Under the pieces are notes generated by a model that ran no database searches, was not told the origin of the DNA, and saw only the letters and a program-made list of their open reading frames with translations. The position numbers and the translations under genes were made by a program. Positions 25,856-36,430 of a stretch of DNA of 64,000 nt are shown one piece after another (position 1 is the first letter of the stretch; each line of letters starts with the position of its first letter). The DNA comes from Tubiluchus corallicola (taxonomy: Eukaryota > Animalia > Priapulida): the NCBI GenBank assembly GCA_030141605.1, contig JAQGDQ010000187.1, forward strand, positions 186,001 to 250,000, read 5' to 3'.

Positions 25856-26869
25856 ATGGCGGACACGCAACCGTTATTTAAACCCAGTAATGTCAGAGTG
25901 GAAATGGATGGTGACAGGCGAACTTTAGTCATCGAAGTTCCTGGACGTCCAAAAACCGAAACAACCCCAGCTGTTCCCAAAACTATACAGAAGCTGACTC
26001 TGCAATCTGAAAATCAGAACATCACCTTAGATGATCTCATAAATAAGGGCATCATACAGTTTGATGAAGAAACCGGTCTTGCATATGTTCCTGGTCACAC
26101 TGATATACATACCACGCCAGTTGGCACATCAAAGATGCCTCAAGCTCCAGCAGCTATAAAAGAATCTGGCAGACAAAGACCATTCACGGGAGATATGCCA
26201 AAGATTGTGGAGGTACCAGACTCCAAGAATAGTGCTGAGAGCTCTGAGACTTCCTCCCTCGCTACACTTCCAGAAGTTGATAACCCTGCAGTTGTTCTTT
26301 TTGAATCTGATGAGAATAAAAGAATTCGGTTACTAGATGATGATTCTACGAGCCGCGCCATGGTGGGTACTGATGCGGGTAATATGGAGATGAAATCAGA
26401 GTTGGTTCCAGTAAGTTTTGATGGCGGCCAAGGTCACGTGAAACGCGTGCGACTGAAAGGCAAGGCAGGTGGGGTCACTGATGATGGTCACGAAAGCGAA
26501 AAAGGAGAGATGGTAATAGAGCACGGTCAGTTCAAGGTTACTGGGCCAGAAGGACCGCGGGATGTCCACATGAAGAGGTCACACATGCGACGAAGTCTAC
26601 GTATTATATCGCCCCAACAGAGGGATGCGGCAAAGGTTCTTAGTGAATGTGGATTGACAGATGCTGGCCAATTGGTTAAGGAGTCAATTCAACATGGTAC
26701 CAATACTCTCACGTATAGTTCTCCGACTGAGGATCTTCGTGAACAACAGACAGAAATTGTGATGAAGACACCTTGCGGCAAAGATATGAAGTACAAGATA
26801 AAGTCTAAGGTAACTAAGGCTGAGGTACAGACTGTTGAACAGAACAAACAGCGCAGAGTTGTTTGGTAA
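25856..26869 (+). CDS. Uncharacterised 337-aa protein (possibly one large exon of a longer gene)
   Basis: Only long intact ORF, GC-enriched relative to its flanks, with protein-like composition and start context AAGATGGCGG. AATAAA candidates lie downstream at about 27850 and 28318. No domain confidently recognised. Confidence 0.8.
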   Translation: MADTQPLFKPSNVRVEMDGDRRTLVIEVPGRPKTETTPAVPKTIQKLTLQSENQNITLDDLINKGIIQFDEETGLAYVPGHTDIHTTPVGTSKMPQAPAAIKESGRQRPFTGDMPKIVEVPDSKNSAESSETSSLATLPEVDNPAVVLFESDENKRIRLLDDDSTSRAMVGTDAGNMEMKSELVPVSFDGGQGHVKRVRLKGKAGGVTDDGHESEKGEMVIEHGQFKVTGPEGPRDVHMKRSHMRRSLRIISPQQRDAAKVLSECGLTDAGQLVKESIQHGTNTLTYSSPTEDLREQQTEIVMKTPCGKDMKYKIKSKVTKAEVQTVEQNKQRRVVW

Positions 26870-26991
26870 GTATAATTCAACATTTATTAAAAGAAAGGGT
26901 AAGAAACCTTCTTTGAATTGAACAGGAAATCTGTTGAAGGAACCTTTTAATAGATTGCAATGTTTAATTTTTTTTCATTGGAGAGACTAGA

Positions 26992-27375
26992 GGAAAAGCG
27001 CAATGGTCACAGTGTGTGTGTGTGTGTGTGTGCGTGCGTGCGTGTGTGTTGACCAAATTCGGAAAAGCCCAATGGTCACAGTGTGTGTGTTGGCCAAATT
27101 CAATCAACACCGGGCCTAGTCTATAAATGGATGGGTGATTACTCATCAAAACGCATTCTAAGCGGCTTTTGATTCTGGCATTAAGGGAGGACGTATTCAC
27201 ATCTAAACGCGGTTAAACACCTCCGTCAAGTTAATTGTCTTATCTCAGAGGATTAATCATGATAGTGAGTCAGAGCCCGGTCCTTTCACAGTCGTCCGCT
27301 CTGAATTAGGTAGACATTGACATTGAGAGCTGGATTCCGATTTGAGCTGTGCAGAAGTGTGAGAAAAAACTAGTA
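26992..27375 (+). mobile_element. 5S rRNA-derived SINE (SINE3-like), copy 3, with duplicated head and (TG)n expansion
   Basis: caacaccgggcctagtctataaatggatgggtgattac matches the 5S C-box region. Body and 3' end align to copies 1 and 2. The head unit ggaaaagc(g/c)caatggtcacagtgtgtg..ttg(a/g)ccaaattc occurs twice (26992-27060 and 27061-27101). Confidence 0.65.
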
Positions 27376-28699
27376 AAACTCATGATGGAAAAAATGCTGT
27401 AAAATTTATTGTGGCTATGATTGTACTGCTCTGGTGAAATCTTATATTTTTTATGGACGTTCAAATGTCACCGTTTCAACTGTGTTGGCAACTTTGCGAG
27501 TTGTTTGTTTGATGAAAGTGTTTTTTCACCGTTTATCTTAGTGACATCACTGCAAGAAACCACAATTCAGTATAATTTAGACCTGCTGATTCCATCGTAA
27601 AATGATGACAGGTGTGAATTCTTGAGCTTTTGTGATACTGTGATTGAGCAATTGGTGCTTCGTCTACGTGTCTTTTATAACCAGACTATAGCTAAAGCGC
27701 ATTTGAAGGTTTTAATTTACTGAATGTTCAAACACTTTTCGACGGCTAGGTTTTATGCATGAAAGTATTTCGAAGCTGCGAAAATGATGAATTTACTGTC
27801 GCTTGTGAACCTCTCTATTCAGCATTATGAAGCCTTTCAGAAATATTCGAATAAAAGCTTTTGCAGGATTATCGTTTTCTAGGCGGAAAAACGATGATAA
27901 TTTGTCAATATATAAGCCGCTGTTTGGCGTATAACGTATAATCCGAGTGTATATACTGTGATACGTTTAACATCGATTGCTTACGTAAATAGCAAAAATC
28001 ATTATAGCTGTTGACTTTGGTGCTGCAAGCATATTAAACTTTGCAAAACGGCAGTAAGATTCTGTAACCGCAGTTATATTTGCTCAGCAATTCAGCAAAC
28101 TACAAATACAAACATTGAGAGATTTTTGACCTAGTGATATTTGATAGGATTATTGACGGTTGATCTTAACACTTGTTCATTTGGAAATGCAATATAAATT
28201 TCTGCTGTTTTCTACTATACAAATCATGCAAATAGAGAAATGTTTTTAGTATTTTCAAACATTTCCGTTGTTATTGCTTTTTGTTCTTGATTATTTTTTC
28301 GTGTCGTAAAACAATTAATAAACATAACTTTTATTAAAGTTCCTGCCGCTTTAAACATTTATCGCTTGAGTAATAAGGGCTACCGAAAATGTTCTGTACC
28401 AGAGGTGAATGCGTGTGCACATGAAAGTGATTTCTTTATATGCATTTCAAAGCCAAGACATTTTTTTAGAATCCTGTTTAGTTATCGAGAGCTTATAGGC
28501 TGCCTTCTTCTGAGGTGTTAGGATGCTATCGGGTTGAATAATTTAACAACTTATACGTTTTAGTCGCCCAAAAAGTTGCTAAATCTGGTTTAGAATGCTT
28601 TGTTGGAAATAAATATTGTGCAGAATATGTTAAACATAAGTCAAGAATACGCCAGAAATTTTAATCTAAATTTTGTCAACATCCAAAAAAATAAAGTGA

Positions 28700-29150
28700 A
28701 AAGCAAATGTAATGTTTTATGGAAATAATAACGGACCCAATACTTTTGACCAAAACCTACGCTGGCAGGAACTCCACTGGCGTGGTGCACTAAGGGAGTT
28801 CATGTTGCATGTGAACTAATCTATAACTTTGATGATGTTAACGATATAAATCGTAAACGTAACGATTTGATATACAGACCTAATAATATAACTAGCAATT
28901 TTTCATTCCCCTAGAGTAGTATGAAAACAAAAGTATTTATGACATATTGTCACGCCTTTTACAGTAACCAAATTTGGTAACGTGATAATGCCGGCATTAG
29001 TGATATTAACACAGCCTGGGATATGTCCATTCGTAAATTATGGAAACTGCCAAATGAAACTCATAGGTTTATTTTACCATACGTCAGTAAAATTTTTTGC
29101 CTAAGTAAACCATTTAAAAAACGTTTCGTGGAATTTTAAGTAGTTTGTTT
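28700..29150 (+). mobile_element. Decayed L2-like LINE C-terminal fragment
   Basis: Reads NFDDVNDINRKRNDLIYRPNNITSNF..MKTKVFMTYCHAFYSNQIW*..INTAWDMSIRKLWKLPNETHRFILP, the same domain type as 50-700. Confidence 0.75.
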
Positions 29151-29419
29151 TGCTTTCCGTTACATTTATTTTGTCATTTCCAAAATCAACAAGATCTGTC
29201 AAAAGTTATTAATCTGCAGTTTTTTTAACTTTAAGTGTAGTAATGACTATTGCGTTAACTTCAGTAACAAGAATGAAGTGAGAAAACTTAAAGACAGTAT
29301 TGTGGGAAGCAGTTTTCATCTCACATCTAAGGAAGCAATTGTATGTTCAGTGGAAAAGATATTATGATTACAACGATTTTTTAGAAAAATGTAACTTAAT
29401 AGTTACCCAAAAATATAGT

Positions 29420-30370
29420 CATTATAAGTTCCACATCTTAAATCGAGTCTGTTTGTTACTATAATCAATGATATACACACACAGTATGTGCTGATGTCAA
29501 GTATATTGACGACACGATTATTATTGACGTTCGCACCTCTACTGACTATCTCTAAATTAAAAACGCAGCTAATCAGGCATTACAGTGGGCAAGTGCCAGT
29601 AACGTAAATTTCATAAATGTCTAAATGCAATGAAATGAATGTGACTTTCATGGCTAGTCTCCTGATCCCCCTTGCTACCGTCTCTAATTAGAAGGCAAAA
29701 AGAGTTGATTCGCCCAAACTTTCAAGTGTACAAATAGTTAATGATTTAAATTGGAACACCCATGTATATATATATATTAATTCTTTATTTGTCATAAAAA
29801 CGGTTCCCTCATTATAATAAAATTGAGTTAGCCTCAGCGTAATGTTAAAATAACAACACTGTTCAAGACAAATGCGTCCAGTGCATACTAAAAAAACTAA
29901 AGTGCTAAACTAAAAACTATATACAATATAATGAACATATTTACAAATACCATATTAAAATATTTTCACAAACAATTATAGGAAAGTACATTAAATTTTA
30001 CATTACATAGTGCACATGTCAATTCAATTTACGCTAAAGCCAGAATTAGACTAGTTGCTGAATACGATTGTCAGGTAAATCACTTATCTCTGTCCAAAAT
30101 CTCTCTAATTTGTTAGAAACTGTTTAAAAGCACTCACCGAAAATAATTTTTCCCAATAAAAATTGCTACAATTTTGATTAATCTTCAACCTTTATTTAAC
30201 CGTCTCGAAAATTCTTGTAAAAATTTGTTCTTATCAATTCAAAATCCTAATAATATAATCCACGCTTTATTGCTGATGCCCATAGTCATAGATGTAGTAC
30301 TCCCACCATCTGAAATACCCATTACCTAGATGCACAACAGAGAAATTCAAGAAAAGTTTTATCTCATACA
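29420..30370 (+). mobile_element. Decayed CR1/Rex-like LINE 3' fragment interrupted by an insertion
   Basis: LFVTIIND, VKYIDDTIII (YxDD), DLNWNTHV|NSIYAKARIRL, RLENSCKNLFLSIQNPNNIIHALL and YPLPRCTTEKFKKSFI. Confidence 0.75.
29766..30019 (-). mobile_element. Nested retroposon 3' end with CATGT target-site duplication
   Basis: The minus strand ends AATAAA..(TA)n. CATGT occurs at 29761-29765 and 30015-30019, and removing the insert restores WNTHVNSIYAKA in the host LINE. Confidence 0.65.
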
Positions 30371-30649
30371 GTTTAGTTAATTTCCAAACATAAGTTTAGA
30401 CTCAATTTATTTCGTTCATATCTTCTAACAGCGTAATAGTGCTTATCGCTATATGTTCTGTTTGGTTGTAATAATCAAAAATTCATACGCTTAGACTATT
30501 AGTACTCAGTTTTTTTAGACGGACAACCCTATTTATTTATTTTTAGCTTTTAAGTGACATAATTTTCATTGTCAGTCTGCTTAACACCATTTTTAAGGCA
30601 ACGCCTTTAATGTATCCTGAATTAGTGGCTCAAGCTCTGGGCCATGTAC

Positions 30650-32400
30650 TTAAGAAATTTATCATTAACGACGTCATTGATGGATCACTAGCAGAAAATC
30701 AAAAACGTTTTTGGAGCCATGTAAAGATCACGAATACTGAACATATGGGTATCCCTACTCTCGTCGATGAAAGCAATGTCTATGTCTCCAACAAAGCCAA
30801 GGCTATTGCAGTTAATGGTCATTTCCAGGCTTAGTTCACAGAGGAAAGAGGTGACATCCCCAAAATGCCGGAATCACCATACCCAGCAAGTGAAGATCTA
30901 CATATTAGACTGGAATGTGTCATACGACAGCTTAAACCTTAATAAAGCCGCAAGACCTGATGAATTACCAGCTCGCGTTTTTCATGATTTTACCACTGAA
31001 CTAGCACCAATGCTAAGGTTCATCCTTCAACAATCTTTCAACAAGTATGCCTGATAACTGGAAAACTGTGTTACTGCTATACACAAAAAAGGATCTGCTT
31101 CTTTAGCCTTAAACTACATACCGATCTCATTAGCTTATAAAATAATAGAGCATATCTGCCTCTCACATGTCAACAAACAACTCGACAACTATGACATTAT
31201 TAAGGGGATTTAACACGGTTTTCGTTCGTGTTTTTCATGTTCAACTCAGCTGATAGAAGCCGTACTCGACTGGACATTAGCTTTAAATGGCAGACAAGGC
31301 AATAAAGTCTGCCAGGTTGATACTGTACTGCTTGATTTCAGCAAAGCTTTCGACCTGGTCCCACATTAGCGTCTGTTAGCTAAGCCGTATTCTATGGTAT
31401 CAGAGGTCATATGTTACAATGGGTCAAATCTTTTGACTCTGAGGAGACGCAGAAGGTCTCCGTCAATGGTATTCACTCCAAATCCATAAGTGTTACATCA
31501 GGAGTCCCATAGGGCTCAGTCCTTGGACCGACTTTATTCCGCCTCTATATAAATGACTTGCTGGCAACTCGATTCTTTACAGACCTGTATGGAGTAATCA
31601 AGATCACCATATTCTACAACAAAATCTCTCACAGCTACAATTATGGGGAGCGGGGGATTGGCTTATGGACTTTAACTTGGATAAATGCAAAATCTTACCT
31701 ATTTCTTAAAAAACCCCAAATTACTTTCCTTACCGCATGGGTGACAAAATTCTGGAGCATTTTTCTTCACATCCATACCTGGGCATTATCATCGGCACCG
31801 ATCTTCATTGAGGTGAGCACTGCCAGAAAATTGCCACTCGTGCAACCAAGACACTTAATGTTGTTCGCAGGACGCTACACCCATGTCATCAACAAGTCAA
31901 AGAAAGAGCGTATCAAGCCCTGGTCAGACCCAAACTAGAATATGGAATCGCAGCCTGGAACCCATACACCATTATGTCATCAAACGCATCCCGCAAGATA
32001 AGAGAAATGCAGTATGATTTGTACGAAACGAATATATCAGAAATGCTGAAGTTTTTAAGATGATCTCCGAACTCTTAGAAATCAGACGCCGACAAACGAT
32101 ACTAAACATCTTTCATGATATAGTGCATCACAGGATAGTCATAAATTTGTCAACTTATATCACCCCTTCACTCAGAGATAACAATAAATTTGTTCAACCA
32201 GCAGTAAGAGTCAATATTTATTTATATTCCTTCTACCCATAGCAATATGCTTGTGTAACAAACTTCCACCGGATATCAGTGAAATCACTTCTAGAGATTA
32301 CTTCAGAGCACTAGCCCCCTGATGATGTCACCCACCTAACCTGTCTGTAAATTTAACCATGTTTTTAGTCTGCACCCACCATTTTTGATTTCCCTGTTTC
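30650..32400 (+). mobile_element. 5'-truncated decayed CR1-clade LINE (RT)
   Basis: NQKRFWSHVK, LNLNKAARPDELPARVF..ELAPML, AIHKKG..NYIPISL, HGFRSCFSCSTQL, VDTVLLDFSKAFDLVPH, VTSGVP*GSVLGPTLFRLYINDL, HPYLGIII, LVRPKLEYGIAAWNPY and YLYSFYP. Confidence 0.92.
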
Positions 32401-32978
32401 ACCTCTATTCACAACCTCTAACACCATCACAAGTTGCGCGTTGTTTTTTCTCAGGGTTTCATGCGCACCCCAATCTTCTAGTGTATCGTTAAAGACTTTT
32501 GCGAGTATATTGTTCAAGACTTTCAACTTCAAGGTGCTCCGAATAATTGTTGTGAGATCAATCCTATTGATATCAGCGTTCATGAACGCAGTTAAAAGTG
32601 AAGTGCGATATTACAAAAATCTGAGCCACTACGATTTTCGCTATCCTCTTTCTCTTTATAGTTTTAACAGTACACTGATCCTTACAAGGTTTATGGAAAT
32701 CCTTGTGTTGAACATTGATTAACCTGAAATCCATTACGAGGTTTATCATAGGCATTATAGCGTATGAGCTTTAAATGAAAGCTTGTGTCGTCACTCCATC
32801 TCTGCTAAGGGTTTCTGAGATTCGGGAGTCAACATTTGCTCTGGCAAAGTTGGACTCATTTCTATAAGCAGACAAGTAATGGATTGCTTGAATATTATGG
32901 ATATGACGCGCCTCTTGGTCTAAGAGCTCATTGTTGAATCCCATCCATTTGTTTTGCTATATGTGGGTCGCACGCTTG

Positions 32979-34296
32979 CACGGCCAGCTCTACACGAAGC
33001 AAACTAGGCAATTGCCTAGACGCCAAATTTCGTGGGGCGCCAAGTTTTAGAATTAATTCTTTAAAAATTCTTTTTGGCATAAATAGTAACGTAGTATGTG
33101 TGTAATTGTTTAGGTGCCCAACACCTTAATTAAATGAAACAATTTCTTGCGTTATTTTCATGCCAGAATGTATGATTCCCCCACGCTAACATAGACTTGT
33201 ATTCTGGCAACAAAAGCTTTCTACTTTTTGCTTTTATCTGTTTTCCTAAGATTACATCATTTCAGGTAGACACTAGTGACTCATTACCCTGGCTTTGCCC
33301 GTTGCTTGTACTGTATGTATAAAGCCGCAGAGTTAATACTAGTCGCATATGAATCTGTCTGCAACAACGGTCGGATGCAAACTGTCCCAGAAAAAGTTTG
33401 CTCGCACACAGCTGCTTTTGTATAAAGCAAACTGTGTCTTGGGTAACTCAGTTCACAATTATTCGATGACATGTGACAAAAACAATCGCTTTTTATTGGT
33501 CTGATTTGGTTTTGTCTGAGACAGGTTTTTATTCTGAGCTCGCACACGAAAGCAGGATCAGTTTTTCTGAGATGGAAAGTTAAACAAGTTTAATAAGAAA
33601 CTGTGCGCGACAAAGTCAGTAAAACAGTGTTTACTGAGCCCACAACCGAGCAAAAATCTGCTCAAGCAAGTTGCTGCAGACAGATTTCGCATCGTGTGCG
33701 CCGTGTAAATAATCGTTAATAGTAGAATTTTCGTCAATAAAAAAAATTCTTGCGGTACCATTTATCTAACTGAGGCAGACAAAATTATATGAAATCGAAG
33801 TTTACCTGCATGACATGAGAAAGGTAAAAAAACTGGCGAATACTGAACAGCAAAAAGATTCACTAATTTAGTACTTGCAACGAGACTGTGAAGATGATGA
33901 AACTAGTGAAAAAAGATGAGTTAGTTTCGAAAATGTTCATATGAAAAGAGCAAAAGGCTGAGGGAAAATCTAGCCAGATGTAAGAGTATGTACTTGAAGA
34001 GTGTGCAGCAGAAATTGCAAAATTTTTGATAGCTCCTAATAACTCATGATAAAGCGGTCATAAATTCATTTTCAAATTCAATCAACACAACCTGCAAACA
34101 GATAATTGACGTTTAATTTGTACACTGCAATACATGTATAAAGCTAACACTTGAGTACCATTATACTATATTATGTACAGGAAAAATTCAATTTTGGAAT
34201 AAGACTCCGATGGGGTGGGACCGTGGGGGGAAAGGATTTAGGCGGGCGCGCTAAAATACTTTTGCCTAGGTGCCAAACTACCTAGAGCCGGCCCTG
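32979..34296. mobile_element. Non-autonomous hAT element, about 1.3 kb
   Basis: TIRs cacggccagctctac and ctagagccggccctg. 8-bp TSD cacgcttg / ctcacttg (6 of 8 match). Subterminal gcctag..gcgcc motifs. Confidence 0.75.
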
Positions 34297-35169
34297 CTCA
34301 CTTGTTATCTGCAACGTGACATGTCTTATGTTAGTGTGAGGAATGTTTTATCAAGATTTCCAGAAAAAAATTATTATTACACCTAGTGCAAATGTTGCCA
34401 CTTCATGAAAGAACTGTGCAATAAGACATAAAGCTTAACTTGCTGGAATCTGACAATACCACGTGCACTTATTCAGCATTGGTCAAGGCCAGATAAACAA
34501 AAGCTTGCCTTGAGTGCCTAGTGTCACACGCACACCCACACACGCACACGTACTTATTTTTGGCTTCCTACCGAATCAATGAGTCCTGATTAGGTTTCCT
34601 GTATTGATTCAGAAAGAGGAGCCAAGCATTATGCAGTTGTTAGGATGGTTCGTAGATACTATCAAGAAATTGCTCTGCCGCGATATCGCAAATTGTTTTG
34701 AGTCTGACAGAATTACGAATTGATATTGTAATTCTGCATGCAGTTGTAGACAGAATTTTCATATTGAAATGGTATTTTGAAATAACAGAAAAAAATTGTC
34801 ACTTTCGTGATTTATTGCCTTCTCCGCTAATGGTCATCCATTTGCCAACAAGATTTTTGAGAAAATAAAAAGCTAATACTAAAAGCGTGTTACTTAATGC
34901 AGAATAGCTCGTTCTTCTTGCCAATGAACGTTTGTATTTTAGGTGGACTATATTATAACAATTACTAAGTTTCATTGCGGCCAGTAAACACGATATTGCG
35001 ATAACAACATCCCAGTTCTTGCTGTCTGTAATTACATCACATTCGGATTTTTTCTTTTAAAAGCGCTCGAGAATAAAAGTCGATGGTGTGTTTCAAATTT
35101 TTATGTAATTTCTCAATAAAACACGTTAGAAGTTGCCATTTCAGAATCCGTTAATTGCCAAGCATTTTT

Positions 35170-35385
35170 ACCGTCATCGCATTGCCATCATTGTCAATAT
35201 TATTATCATAGTCATCTTTAAAATTATCTTCACTATCGTCGTTGTCACTCTCACCATCATCGTTATCAAACTTTGTTGTCATCACTGTTATCCTTGTCGT
35301 CGTCGTCATCGACCGTTTTTGTCGTCATCTTCATCGCCGTTGTCAAATCACAATCGCCACCATCATCAGTATTATTATTATTGTA
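35170..35385. repeat. Degenerate (CAT)/(CGT)/(TAT) trinucleotide tract
   Basis: Directly visible. Confidence 0.75.
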
Positions 35386-35399
35386 GGTACTACTCGATA

Positions 35400-36430
35400 A
35401 ATCTCTAACCAAAGTAATAAGACATTGTCTGATGTTTGACAATTGGATCCTCAGCATAAGGAACGTATATTCACTATTTCGTTGCCAATGACCAATAATT
35501 GAGTTCAGACGGTTTCGTACTTCCGCTTCATTTAGAATGTAAATCAACATGGCGTTCGCTTGCTTGTCTTGGTTGAGCTTTTCGTCAGTATTTATAGCAG
35601 CCAAGTCATGGCTGACTACGACATCCATAAATTCTTGGCGAAGCGTAATTTTACTGCCTCGATTTGAGAAGTTGCTGCTTTACGATATGCATGGGAATTG
35701 TTATCCAGTCGGCTTAGTATACACTTGGTGGTAGATGGACTGGAGCTTATTCCATTACCGACTTTCAGACAAGTCATTAACGCGGATACATTTAGAATTG
35801 GATTCAGAAGAGGATTTTAGTGTCCATATTTGATAATCGCCTATAAACAATATGGCCTGAGGCAACACGAATTCTGCATATGATTCATGAATCTATGGTG
35901 TGAGATGATCGAATCACGATTCCCTGTAAGGAGCAGCTTCTAGCTAATTTAAATCCAGCTCTGACTTCAAGTTTAATAACGTCTTTTGTATCTTTAAGTC
36001 CTGTAGATCGGTTTTTGTTTTTGGCTTGTAATTTTGCTGTCAGCACCAGTTACCATATTTTGTGTTTTGTCCCGCTGGGTGCTGTTCTAAATGAAGAGCT
36101 ATGTAATTTAGCATTACATTTTCTTGTTTCGTCCTTTGGGCGTCCTTTGAGAGCTCTTTGAGTTTCCAGCTTTTTAGGTTAGGTTATTTTTGAACAGTTT
36201 GGCTCTGAAAATTATCATATCACCCTGTGTTCGCTCTTCTTTCGTGCACTGTGCCTAGAAAAACTAGTTTTTAATTTAATGGCAAGGTGGAAACTGAAAT
36301 GAAAACTGAAAGTAAATGTGAAGCCTAGACAGGCTGTAAGGATTAGCTGTCTCTCAGGGTTAGGCCTATGTACTATCGTGCGCCTTGACTCGTAACTTTG
36401 TAGCACTAGCAGTAGCAGTCGCCGTTGCAA
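35400..36430 (-). mobile_element. Possible decayed LINE ORF1 (coiled coil plus SGNH-esterase type)
   Basis: Fragments GIVIRSSHTID (GDS-like), ILNV..VNDLSE (GxND-like) and TDEKLNQ (DxxHLN-like) appear in the expected order after a Lys-rich region. Frameshifted. Confidence 0.35.

Noticed and set aside
32365-32755. Overlapping 60-93 aa ORFs after the CR1 element
   Set aside because: No recognisable motif, interrupted frames, no convincing splice sites.
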